Shown here piece after piece: positions 30,917 through 40,340 of a stretch of 64,000 bases of DNA. Location of the stretch: the NCBI GenBank assembly GCA_016282835.1, contig JAEELR010000068.1:1380-65379 (forward strand), read 5' to 3'. The position numbers and the translations under genes are program-made. Under the pieces are notes generated by a model. It was given only the letters and a program-made list of their open reading frames with translations. It was not told the origin of the DNA and ran no database searches. Each line of letters begins with the position of its first letter. Position 1 is the first letter of the stretch. The stretch is from Treponema sp. GTDB lineage: Bacteria > Spirochaetota > Spirochaetia > Treponematales > Treponemataceae.

Positions 30917-32692
30917 CTAAAAAATCGTGTAAGAAAAAACAAGACCTGCTTCAACATTGTGCTGAGTGTTATTTTCTTTATGATTGCAATTAAGGGAAAG
31001 CGTATAAATCAAATCTGCTCCAAGCTTTAAATTCTTCAGAATATAATATTCTCCTCTGAGGGCCACAGAATGATTATATTCAACAGTCCCGCTTAAAGCC
31101 ATAGAACGGGCATCCTTTATTACATCATCTACATCATCTGGATTTTTTCCATCAATCTTACCATTTTTAATCAAATTAAATAAAACTGCCGGGTAATAAC
31201 TGTAATATCCTTCTGTTACTTCATCAAAAATATTAAAATCTTTTTCACCATGCATTAAAAACAAGTATTCAAGATTAACAGAAAACTTTTTATTTCGAAC
31301 ATAAGAAACACTCAACTGACCGCCTGCGCAATCCGGGCCATAAGGACTTCCAACCCAGGAATAAGATTTATCCGTACCGTTAACACTGCTTACTCTAATG
31401 CGATAAAAAGAGGCAGCAGGATTATGCCTGATATACATGTATGGAGAATTATAAAGGCATTCTAAATTAAACTTGAGCTTAGAAGCAGCAGAAAGATGCA
31501 GGTTATAATCAGCCCCCAACTGGATTGCAATACTTTCAGGATAAGATTTTCCATAACTTGTAGTAAGTTCAGAACCAGTCTGATGTTCATTCTGTGCAAA
31601 CAATCCGTAAAAACGCAAATCCTTTAAGGGCACATATTCAAACATAAAGCACATGTAAGCAGATTCATTTGCCCTCTGATAAATGTAATCATCAGGATCA
31701 TTGTGTTCATAAAAGCTGCCGAACTGATGCATGATGCAAAGCGGGTTCAAATAGCGTAAATCCAGAGGAGCTGCTGCAAAGACACCTTCTATAGTACTGA
31801 AAGTAAATTTTTTAAAAAGCCTGAAATCAAAATGATGCAGATACATATACCTTGAATTACAGTTTTGTGTATAGATTCGCTTTTTAACACCACCTTCTTC
31901 TACAACTAAATTCGGGCTGTCCATATTATTTGAACTTGCTTCAATTACATCCAGGGAATATCTGAAAACACTTGAATAAAAATTCAATACCGCATAGCAG
32001 TCAGATTCAAAGGTGTCATTATAAATAATACTTCCTAAAGCAGTGTCTCCAATCTGATACCCTTCTCTTCCAACCTGAAATGAAAGTCCCCAGTTGTCAA
32101 AGTTTTTTGCAAAACCGCCATAAGCATATTTTGGAAAGAAAAATTCAAAATCATTAAAGTCATATAAAACATTTGTAAACGAAGGATTTCTTTTTATGCT
32201 CTCAGAATTCTTTCCGATGAAAAGATCAGTTTCAATTGCAATATAATCATCAAAGCCAAGCATAATCGGAAAGGTCAAAGGGAAATCTTCTATATAGTAT
32301 TTAAAACTGTATGGGATCTGCTCATTAGACTTTGTAAATAACTCTAAGTTAATCTTTGGGTTCAAATAAAAACGAAAAGCAGTATCAACTTTCAGCATCT
32401 TCATGAAATCATTCTGTGTGTAAAGTTGAGTATAAATATCATCGTACAAAAATGCACCGTAAGAAGACAGTTTATCTTTTTCAATTTGATTAAAATAAAA
32501 TTTCATCTCACTTACAGAAAGCGGAGTTGCCTGAGTAAAGCCTAAAACTTCAGACTCTGCAAACAGCTCTTTCAGGGAGTCATAAATTTTATCGTTGCTT
32601 TTTATAAACTGGCTTTCGCTAAAATGCTGGGCGCTTAAATTCAAAACAAAACAAAGTGAAGCAAAAGTAAAAAATAATTTTTTAAATCTCAT
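30917..32692 (-). CDS. Predicted outer-membrane beta-barrel, possibly Wzi-like
   Basis: Signal peptide, aromatic-rich alternating strands, GSPYGPD, C-terminal VFSYTIF; start at ATG 32692 after AGGA. Confidence 0.6.
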   Translation of the reverse strand: MRFKKLFFTFASLCFVLNLSAQHFSESQFIKSNDKIYDSLKELFAESEVLGFTQATPLSVSEMKFYFNQIEKDKLSSYGAFLYDDIYTQLYTQNDFMKMLKVDTAFRFYLNPKINLELFTKSNEQIPYSFKYYIEDFPLTFPIMLGFDDYIAIETDLFIGKNSESIKRNPSFTNVLYDFNDFEFFFPKYAYGGFAKNFDNWGLSFQVGREGYQIGDTALGSIIYNDTFESDCYAVLNFYSSVFRYSLDVIEASSNNMDSPNLVVEEGGVKKRIYTQNCNSRYMYLHHFDFRLFKKFTFSTIEGVFAAAPLDLRYLNPLCIMHQFGSFYEHNDPDDYIYQRANESAYMCFMFEYVPLKDLRFYGLFAQNEHQTGSELTTSYGKSYPESIAIQLGADYNLHLSAASKLKFNLECLYNSPYMYIRHNPAASFYRIRVSSVNGTDKSYSWVGSPYGPDCAGGQLSVSYVRNKKFSVNLEYLFLMHGEKDFNIFDEVTEGYYSYYPAVLFNLIKNGKIDGKNPDDVDDVIKDARSMALSGTVEYNHSVALRGEYYILKNLKLGADLIYTLSLNCNHKENNTQHNVEAGLVFSYTIF

Positions 32693-32768
32693 AAAATTTC
32701 CTGTAAAATATTTGATACAAGAATTTAACACAATTAATTATTACAGTAAATATTTTAATTTGGTTAAC

Positions 32769-32830
32769 AGATGCTGCAATAAATTCACTATGACATGAAA
32801 CAGCAGTTTTTTTCAGAGAGGACACATTTT
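32769..32830. repeat. Degenerate REP-like palindrome plus right-end remnant of the 34.6 kb element
   Basis: 32769-32795 matches 37188-37214 at 22/27 nt; GGACACATTTT (32820-32830) is identical to 34740-34750. Confidence 0.55.
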
Positions 32831-32905
32831 AACTACTTAGTTGAAGAAACTCGAAGTTTAACCTAAAATTAAATATCGATTTATAAAAGAGACAAGGAAT
32901 TCATT

Positions 32906-34591
32906 TTGAAAAGAATTAAATTACTTCTTACAGCATTATTTTTACTATTTACAGTTTCAAGTGCTTTTACACAGGAAACTCAAAGCACGCCAGAAAACGA
33001 AAATACACGAAAAGAAATTTCCAATGAGGTTTTAGACGAGCAGTCAAAAATTCTTATTGAATCAATAAAATATTTACCGCAGGGAAAAACAAAAGAATTT
33101 GCTGTTGAAAGAAATATGTCACAGGCAAATTCAGATGCAGTTCACGAAGGTTTAAGTGCATTCATTTCGTATCTTGAAAGCGTAAAACAGGAACTTGTAA
33201 ACATAAGGCTTTTTGAACGCATTTCCTATGAATATAAAATAATAAAAGTTGAAGGCAAGCGATACTATGTAGAAGTATTCTATAAATTCTATGACTCGCA
33301 CTCGCTTTTATTTTTACCTAAACCATCATTAAACACAAACGAAGGCTTTGAATTAAAACTCAAACTGAAAGACGCAAACTTTTTGGGAATGTTAAATCCT
33401 TTGGGAGTAGATTTAAATATAAAACTCGGAAACAAAGATGAACCAGAAAATTTCAGCAAGATAACGCTTGGTACAAATTTTAATTATGACTTACCATTTA
33501 ACCTTGGAATTACAAAAAATACCTGGTCAAACAGTTTTAGTTTAGACTGGGAACTTGATAACAAGACTCCTGATTTTAATTATACAACAGGCCTTACCAT
33601 TGGCGTTCCAATCGGAAGAAGTCAGGTAAATTTCAATGTTAATCAATCTATAATACAGGACTCCTCATACAAACAGTTTGGTGACTCCTTTTACTTTGTA
33701 GAAAATGCATCTGTCTCACTGCCTTTAGTTTTAGGCTACCTTGATTTAAGTGCAGTAAAATATACGCCATCATTAGTCTTTAACTGGAACTGGGATACAG
33801 ACGGAATCAATATTGAAAACACTGACCTTTGCCAGACACCAAGCATTTATGCAGGACAGTCTATAAGTGTAAGTAAAATCAACTGGAGCAGCGAAAATAA
33901 TTTTAGAAACGGATTTGCATTTAACACAAGCGAATACATAGGCTGGAACTTCAGGGCAGAAACAATAAATGAAAAAGTAACCCCATATCTTGAAGTAAAA
34001 GCACAGGCTTTCAAAAGCTTCCGTTATGTTGGGTTTGCGACAAATGTTTATTTATTTGCAGGCTTAAACAAAAATACAAAAATCGGCTCTTCCTTAAGAG
34101 GTGCTGCAGACTACCAGAAATTCAACACAAGTGAACCGATTGATGCAAACAACTATGCGCTGGAAACTCCGGGTGCTTTAGTAATCAACTTTGATATTCC
34201 CGTACATATTATTACAACGAACTGGCTTAAATGGGGAAAAGCAATGTTTGGAAGTTACGCAGATCTTTCTCCAAAGATGCAGAAAGCATTTAAACTTCCA
34301 CATAAACTGTTTTCGGTACTTGATTTTGAACTTCAGCTCTCACCATTCGTGGACATAGGCTTTATACAGAACAGAGCAACAAATCACTTCTTCTATTATA
34401 AAGAAGGTATATATACAACCGGTATTGAAATGCTTGTATACCCTGTAAAATGGAGAAACTATGTTGTCAGGGCAAGTATCGGAATTGATGCAGGAAAGAA
34501 GTGGCTGGATGAAGCTTTGGGATTAGACTCAAGCTACAGAACGAGTGCAAAAAACTGGGAAGCCTATTTCGGACTAGGTACCCAGTTCTAA
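32906..34591 (+). CDS. Predicted outer-membrane protein, Omp85-like architecture
   Basis: Signal peptide, POTRA-like segment (QELVNIRLFE), D.NFLG barrel-start motif, LRG motif, PFVDIG, C-terminal YFGLGTQF. Confidence 0.6.
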   Translation: MKRIKLLLTALFLLFTVSSAFTQETQSTPENENTRKEISNEVLDEQSKILIESIKYLPQGKTKEFAVERNMSQANSDAVHEGLSAFISYLESVKQELVNIRLFERISYEYKIIKVEGKRYYVEVFYKFYDSHSLLFLPKPSLNTNEGFELKLKLKDANFLGMLNPLGVDLNIKLGNKDEPENFSKITLGTNFNYDLPFNLGITKNTWSNSFSLDWELDNKTPDFNYTTGLTIGVPIGRSQVNFNVNQSIIQDSSYKQFGDSFYFVENASVSLPLVLGYLDLSAVKYTPSLVFNWNWDTDGINIENTDLCQTPSIYAGQSISVSKINWSSENNFRNGFAFNTSEYIGWNFRAETINEKVTPYLEVKAQAFKSFRYVGFATNVYLFAGLNKNTKIGSSLRGAADYQKFNTSEPIDANNYALETPGALVINFDIPVHIITTNWLKWGKAMFGSYADLSPKMQKAFKLPHKLFSVLDFELQLSPFVDIGFIQNRATNHFFYYKEGIYTTGIEMLVYPVKWRNYVVRASIGIDAGKKWLDEALGLDSSYRTSAKNWEAYFGLGTQF

Positions 34592-34596
34592 TTTCA

Positions 34597-34766
34597 GTTA
34601 GAAACTTGATTCAAAAATGCGGTAGCGCGAAGAAAAGCAGAAGGCGCTTGAACACTTTGAAGGGGCGAACGAGCAAAGCGAGTGAGTCAAATACCTTATA
34701 CCCTTCAACCGTGTGAAAGCGCCTGTCTTTTCTGGGAGCGGACACATTTTTGAATTGAATTCTAAC
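34597..34766. mobile_element. MITE-like ~165-bp long-hairpin element
   Basis: Imperfect terminal inverted repeats TAGAAACTTGATTCAAAAATG / CATTTTTGAATTGAATTCTA, nested internal inverted repeats, TA at both ends. Confidence 0.65.
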
Positions 34767-35871
34767 CCAGCAGCATTTTTTCTGCCATTTTCTTCCAGTA
34801 AGGATCCGGACAGTCTAGTTTTAGAGTTTCAAACAAATGCTTTGCAAATAAAATTTTACCGTTCTCAGAACAGGTTTTTCCAAACAGGTAGAACAATTCC
34901 CATATGCGCTCATCATTTCCCCATTTGATTACATCTTCATCCTTAGAACAGTTTCTCAAGAGATTAGCAAAATCCTTGTATTCATAATTGCTGTCACGGG
35001 TGCTGTAAAAGTGATCGATTTTTGTAACAGCAGTAATTGCAGCTAGAGCAGAAGTTTTAAATGCTTTTGAAGTTAAGCCCTGCTTTAAATAGAAATCATT
35101 TAACTGAATCAAAGCCTTTAAACCGATAAAATCATCACAGCGGTACAGCATAAAAAATTTTGATAATGAACCGGAAGAATCTGTAATCAGATTACAAACT
35201 GCATTCATGAACTTATCATCTTTATAGTATTTGTTGTCATCGAGGATCATAAGCAGATACTTTTCATAATCATCAAAGTTCTGCATATCAAATGAAAGGG
35301 AAGCCATATCATACAAAATGTCATATTTTTGAGCAGGTACATCCAGGTTTTCACAATAACTGAAAGCCCTTTTATAATAGGACATCGCAATTTCATATTC
35401 AGTTTCAACTCTGTAAATCTGTGCAATCAGATAATCAGCTTCAGCATAATTTGAATAATACGGAATGTAATCCAGAACCTTTGCAAAACTGTTTTTGAAA
35501 AATGCTTTTCCCTTTTTATCTAGATGACGCATTATAATTCTATAGGCTTCATCCTGCTTTATAACTTTTAATTCATTTAATACTTCATCAAGCTTGTCAC
35601 CGACTTTTCTAAGCTTGATTTTTCTCTGTGCATACTCAAGGACATAACTCTCATAGCTGCTGTCCTGGCGACGAACTTCTTTACTTCTTTCTGCTAAAGT
35701 AAAAGCCGTACCATAGTCTTTCTTTTCAAAAGCTTCTTTTGCCTGATTCAAATAGCGCCATTCTTCTTTTCCCTTTGGAACTTTTTTTGGTGCAGACTGA
35801 GCGAATACTGGAAGAAGGATAAACATAAAAGCAAATCCTAAAAGCAATATTTTATTTTTTTTCATAATCAA
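34762..35871 (-). CDS. Exported TPR-like protein
   Basis: Signal peptide and helical repeats (AEADYLIAQIY..E.EY..A..YY.RA). Confidence 0.7.
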   Translation of the reverse strand: MIMKKNKILLLGFAFMFILLPVFAQSAPKKVPKGKEEWRYLNQAKEAFEKKDYGTAFTLAERSKEVRRQDSSYESYVLEYAQRKIKLRKVGDKLDEVLNELKVIKQDEAYRIIMRHLDKKGKAFFKNSFAKVLDYIPYYSNYAEADYLIAQIYRVETEYEIAMSYYKRAFSYCENLDVPAQKYDILYDMASLSFDMQNFDDYEKYLLMILDDNKYYKDDKFMNAVCNLITDSSGSLSKFFMLYRCDDFIGLKALIQLNDFYLKQGLTSKAFKTSALAAITAVTKIDHFYSTRDSNYEYKDFANLLRNCSKDEDVIKWGNDERIWELFYLFGKTCSENGKILFAKHLFETLKLDCPDPYWKKMAEKMLLG

Positions 35872-35892
35872 AATCCTCCATTTGACTGTCTA

Positions 35893-37008
35893 TTATTTAT
35901 CATTTGACTTTCTGTCATTTAAAATTAAATTTAACTGCTCTTCAAATTCTTTATCAGCTTCACTTGATTTTACAGTTTTAATTATTTCCCCTTTTCTAAA
36001 AATTATAACTTTGTCTTTTCCGCCTGCAATTCCTAAATCGGCATGACGGCCTTCTCCGGGACCATTAACGATACAGCCCATTATTGCGACAGTAATATTT
36101 GAATCTAAAGCAAGTAATTTATTTTCCCACCTTGAAACAAAGCTGTGTACATCAAATCCAACTCTTCCACAGCGTGGACAGCTAACGAGCGTGATTCCAT
36201 TTGGTTTCTTTCCGCACTCCTGCAGAATATATCGTCCGGCCTTTACTTCATTCTCAGGAGAGTCCGACAAACTCACGCGGATAGTAGAACCAATATTCTG
36301 TTTCAGAAGTTCATAAAAGGCGATTGAAGATTTTACAACGCCAGTAATTAAAGGTCCGGCTTCAGTTACTCCTATGTGCAGGGGGATGTCAGAAAGATTA
36401 GAAAATTCTTTGTTTGCATCGATTGTTTCCTGCACAGAACTTGCCTTCATGCTTACAACGACATTATTAAACCCTAGCTCTTCAAAAATTTTTACTTCCC
36501 GTAAAGCAGCTAATGAAAGAGCTTTTGCCCTGGAGATTTTATTCTGTATAACCATTTCATCAAGGTCACGGGGGATACTGCCTGAGTTTACGCCAATCCT
36601 TATGGCAATATTATTTTTTTTACACTCACCGGCAACCGCTTCAACTTTTTCTCTTGAGCCGATATTGCCTGGATTTATTCTGATGGCAGCAACATTTGAT
36701 TTACAGCATTCTAATGCTAAGCGGTAATCAAAATGAATGTCTGCAACTAAAGGCATCTGTGTTTTTTCTGATAAAAGATTTAAGGCGTGCGCACTGTCCA
36801 TATCAGGAACTGCAAAACGGATAATATCGCAGCCGAGTGCTTCAAGTTCCTTTATTTCGTTTACAATGCGTTCAAGCTTCTGTGGATTTTCGCATAAGTC
36901 TTCAATGCCTTCTTTCCACATTGTCTGTACAGTAACAGGACTATCGCCGCCGATGTAAACTTTTTTTGTTATACCTTTTCCGCCAATAAAGAACTTTCAA
37001 TTTTCCAT
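35893..37008 (-). CDS. ispG: HMBPP synthase IspG/GcpE; in-frame TGA at codon 4
   Basis: IGGDSPVTVQTM, PLVADIHFD, RINPGN, IRIGVNSGS, HIGVTEAG, CPRCGR, GCIVNGPGE. The frame extends upstream of the track start (36921) to ATG 37008, with TGA at 36997-36999. Confidence 0.92.
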
Positions 37009-37034
37009 ATAATAAATATTACCACATAAAATGT

Positions 37035-37073
37035 AAAAAAAAAATCCGGAACTTCTAAAAAGAAAATTCCGGA
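37035..37073 (-). terminator. Intrinsic terminator of the V-ATPase operon
   Basis: TCCGGAA...TTCCGGA stem followed by a long T run on the minus strand. Confidence 0.75.
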
Positions 37074-37119
37074 ATTAAGGTTTTAACTAGTACAAATATA
37101 CTAAATATCTTGTCATACA

Positions 37120-37214
37120 GCCCCTGAAACAAGTTCAGGGTGACGAACAACCTGTCATTCCGAACTAGTTTCGGAATCTGTATGTATAGATGCTGAATTA
37201 AATTCAGCATTACA
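37120..37214. repeat. Cluster of three REP-like palindromes in alternating orientation
   Basis: CCCTGAAACAAGTTCAGGGTGAC (reverse), TGTCATTCCGAACTAGTTTCGGAATCT (forward), AGATGCTGAATTAAATTCAGCATTACA (reverse). Confidence 0.8.
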
Positions 37215-37243
37215 GTTATTTATAATTTTCTATACTAACTAAA

Positions 37244-37672
37244 TTAGCATACGATCATGCTGAATACCATAGCGAACAAAGCTACAGTTTCGCAAAGACC
37301 TACAACCATAATATATTGTGCAAAACCTTTTCCTGTTTCACCCAAAGCATCACTTCCTGCAGCCCCTGCTTTTCCCTGTGCAATTGCAGAAAATGCCATT
37401 GCCAGACCAGAAGCTAAACCTAAACCTAAAAGGAATCCAGGATTCTGTTCAGATTTAACCATAGACTGCATCAAAAGGAAACCATAAATTGTCTGTGTTA
37501 AAGGAGCACCGGCAAATACAGTAAGAATAAATGGAGCAGGTTTATTGTTTAAATAACATCTTTTCCAGGCACCAATTGCCCCCTGACCTGCAATTCCAAT
37601 ACCAATTGCACTACCCAAAGCAGCAATTCCCATAACCAAAGCAGCACCCAACATTCCAAAACTAAAAGTCAT
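37244..37672 (-). CDS. atpK: V-type ATPase subunit K (proteolipid), Na+-binding signature
   Basis: Four TMs; PLTQTIYG, AQGK and CET match the T/Q/Y-Q-E ligand pattern of Enterococcus hirae NtpK. Confidence 0.93.
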   Translation of the reverse strand: MTFSFGMLGAALVMGIAALGSAIGIGIAGQGAIGAWKRCYLNNKPAPFILTVFAGAPLTQTIYGFLLMQSMVKSEQNPGFLLGLGLASGLAMAFSAIAQGKAGAAGSDALGETGKGFAQYIMVVGLCETVALFAMVFSMIVC

Positions 37673-37752
37673 AATTATTCTCCTTTATCGCATATACTTC
37701 GCGATGATTTTATATTTTATTCTGTCACTAACATAACAGTTTATAACAGTTC

Positions 37753-39711
37753 CTATTTCTCTCTGAACGGTTCATATTTGAAGCCGCTCCAGCTCATTCC
37801 TAAGTGTGTAGAAAATTCCAGTGTATTAAGACGAACTCCGTGTACAACGACAGAAAGTACGTTTAATATCATATTCAAGCCGTGTCCGAAGCAAAGCAGT
37901 AAAACAGCCGCAAGGAACAGAATAGCATGACCCAAAAGTGGACCTGCCATAGAGTTTACGGTATTTGAAATTGCTGCCCCTGCAAGACCTACAGCCCAAA
38001 GTCTTATGTATGAAACAATGTCTGAGAAAACGTTTACAACACCAAGTAAAACAGAAATAATTCCTTTAACACTTGTTAAAACAGATTCTTTAACACTGCC
38101 TTCATAATTAGAGAAAATAAAGCTTAGGACAAAGCCTATGCCAATTAAAGCAGCAAAGATGAAGCCTATAGGAACAACACCTCCTACCATAATTGCATCC
38201 AAAGCAAATACTTCTCCGCTTACAACAAGCATAAGAACAATATAGAACATTCCCCACAACTGAAGTAACGAACCTAATTCACCTAACACTTTTAACGACT
38301 TAATGTATCTGCCAATTCCTTTCAAGTGTGCAATAGAAAGCTGCAATAAAGCCAGTGAGAAACAGAATATCTGCATGTTCTGATCTGTAGTTAAGCCTTT
38401 ACCGCTTTCCATCCACGGAACACTCCACAAGGTCTTTGTGCCGTCTGCAGCAGTTGCATAAGCATTTGATAAAACAGGGACTGTAATCTTGGTTAAGAAT
38501 CCAAGTCCGAATTTTTCAAGCTGCTCTGGAGTAAGTCCAAACCATGTACAGGTTACAAAGCCCCAGCCGACAGTAGAAAGTCCTAATAAAGTTAAAAGTC
38601 CAACCAAAGCAGAAGGAGCTTTACCCTTGAACAGGCTCTTTAGAATTAAAATCAGGCCTGCAACAGTTACCAAAAGTCCGTAACCGCCGTCGCCAAAAAT
38701 CATTCCAAAGAATACAACAAAGAACAAAAGGAACCAGCCGGAAATATCATATTCACGATATCCTGGAACAGTGCCCAAAAAGTCTGTAAGAGGATAAATT
38801 AAACTTACCAGCTTATTGTTTTTAAGTTTAGTAGGAACTTCATCATCTTCTTCCGGATCACTGTAGACATAAGCCCACTCATTTGCTTTACAGGCTTCTT
38901 CAAATTTCTTCATTGAATCAACAGGAACAAAACCTGTAACCCAGGCAAGTTTTTCGCTTTCGCCCTCGCCTTCTTCATGCTCCATGCCTGAATAAACGCC
39001 CTCAAATTCAATATCCTTTTCCAAAAGCTTTTTATAGTCTTTCAGCGTAGAAAGATATTTTTTTGATTCATAAAGTTTATTGTCAATTTTGGTAATATTA
39101 ATCTTTGCATTTCTAATATCGCTAAGGATTTTATTTGTAGAATCTCGTGGAAGCGGAACACTATAAGCTTCGGCAGGAATGTCTTTAGGACGATCCAAAA
39201 CCTCAGTCTCACTTAGCAGCAGAAAGCGTGCAATCTTACCGGTATTATTTACTAAAATAGTTTTACAGTCTTCGCCAATAAGTGAATATTTATCCTGTGG
39301 AATTTCATACATGTACAGGTAAATATTTTTAGAAGCGATAAATGTAAAATCATCTATAGAAACTGAACCCCAGTCTGTAAATCTTGAAAGCTCCTGTGTG
39401 TCCTGATTAATTGAATCAAACAGCGACTTTTTCTTTTCAGTTAAAGAAACAATTTCTTTCGCCATCTGTTTCGCATCATCATAAGACAGCTTTTCCTGTT
39501 TAACAGCTTCTTTCTTCTTTGACTTTATTTCACTCAAAATAGAAATAGCTTTTGAAGTTTCAGAAAATGACTCCTTGAAGGCATTGAACTTTTCGCCCTT
39601 TCCTTCAAGTGCCTGCAAATGAACAAGCCCCATTTTCCTGAGTTTTTTACAGGATTCTTCCCTTTCACGATCTAAAACAACAAGAGAAACTTTTTTCATC
39701 TGTACAATCAT
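37753..39711 (-). CDS. atpI: V-type ATPase subunit I
   Basis: MIVQMKK, PTKLKN, FGMIFGDGGYG, SDIVSYIRLWAVGLA, HGVRLNTLEF. Confidence 0.95.
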   Translation of the reverse strand: MIVQMKKVSLVVLDREREESCKKLRKMGLVHLQALEGKGEKFNAFKESFSETSKAISILSEIKSKKKEAVKQEKLSYDDAKQMAKEIVSLTEKKKSLFDSINQDTQELSRFTDWGSVSIDDFTFIASKNIYLYMYEIPQDKYSLIGEDCKTILVNNTGKIARFLLLSETEVLDRPKDIPAEAYSVPLPRDSTNKILSDIRNAKINITKIDNKLYESKKYLSTLKDYKKLLEKDIEFEGVYSGMEHEEGEGESEKLAWVTGFVPVDSMKKFEEACKANEWAYVYSDPEEDDEVPTKLKNNKLVSLIYPLTDFLGTVPGYREYDISGWFLLFFVVFFGMIFGDGGYGLLVTVAGLILILKSLFKGKAPSALVGLLTLLGLSTVGWGFVTCTWFGLTPEQLEKFGLGFLTKITVPVLSNAYATAADGTKTLWSVPWMESGKGLTTDQNMQIFCFSLALLQLSIAHLKGIGRYIKSLKVLGELGSLLQLWGMFYIVLMLVVSGEVFALDAIMVGGVVPIGFIFAALIGIGFVLSFIFSNYEGSVKESVLTSVKGIISVLLGVVNVFSDIVSYIRLWAVGLAGAAISNTVNSMAGPLLGHAILFLAAVLLLCFGHGLNMILNVLSVVVHGVRLNTLEFSTHLGMSWSGFKYEPFREK

Positions 39712-40328
39712 TCTGCTTCCTCCTTGTTGCTTGCCTGAGCCTGCAATTTCTTCTTTGAAATCTTAGAACGAACAACAGCATTTACCTGTTCATCACCCAA
39801 GAAGATTCCGATTCGCTTTATATTAGCTTTTGCTTCTGGAATTTTAACCTTTTCAAAAAGATTAACTCTTTGGGTTGTGGTTCTAAGTTCTTGAGATAAA
39901 AGCCTTACCTGTTCGTCTAAAACTTCGGCTTCCAAATCAAGTTCCAAAGCTTTTTCCATACGGTCTGCAGCCATATCAATCCACAATGGTGTTGAATACA
40001 AATCGTAATCACCACGACCAAAATCTGCACCTTCGTAGATTGGAATTTTAACACCCGCAATATTTCCGAAGCCTTTCTTAATGTTTGCAACAGTAACCAT
40101 TTCAGGCTTAAAGGCTTCTCGCTCACCGAATACCGAAATCCATTTCTGGAAATCTTCTTCTAAAGCTTTTTTCTGCATACGAACAGATTTAGCCTTTTCT
40201 TCTATAGTGCGGATTTCAGACTGCAGCTGCTGTTTTTTAAGCGTCAATGTAGGAAGATATCTCTTATACATTTTGAGAGAATCTTTCTGTACTTTCAGCT
40301 CATTTTTTGTCAGCTTAATCTTTGCCAT
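39708..40328 (-). CDS. atpD: V-type ATPase subunit D
   Basis: LTKNEL, LPTL.LKK, TTQRVNLFEKVKIP. Confidence 0.95.
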   Translation of the reverse strand: MAKIKLTKNELKVQKDSLKMYKRYLPTLTLKKQQLQSEIRTIEEKAKSVRMQKKALEEDFQKWISVFGEREAFKPEMVTVANIKKGFGNIAGVKIPIYEGADFGRGDYDLYSTPLWIDMAADRMEKALELDLEAEVLDEQVRLLSQELRTTTQRVNLFEKVKIPEAKANIKRIGIFLGDEQVNAVVRSKISKKKLQAQASNKEEAE

Positions 40329-40340
40329 TCACAATCCCCA

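Noticed and set aside
34713-34928. 71-aa plus-strand ORF starting in the hairpin element
   Set aside because: It is antisense to the TPR gene and has no transposase-like motifs.
37120-37214. Mini CRISPR array
   Set aside because: The units alternate in orientation, differ in sequence and are only about 8 nt apart, and there are no cas genes.
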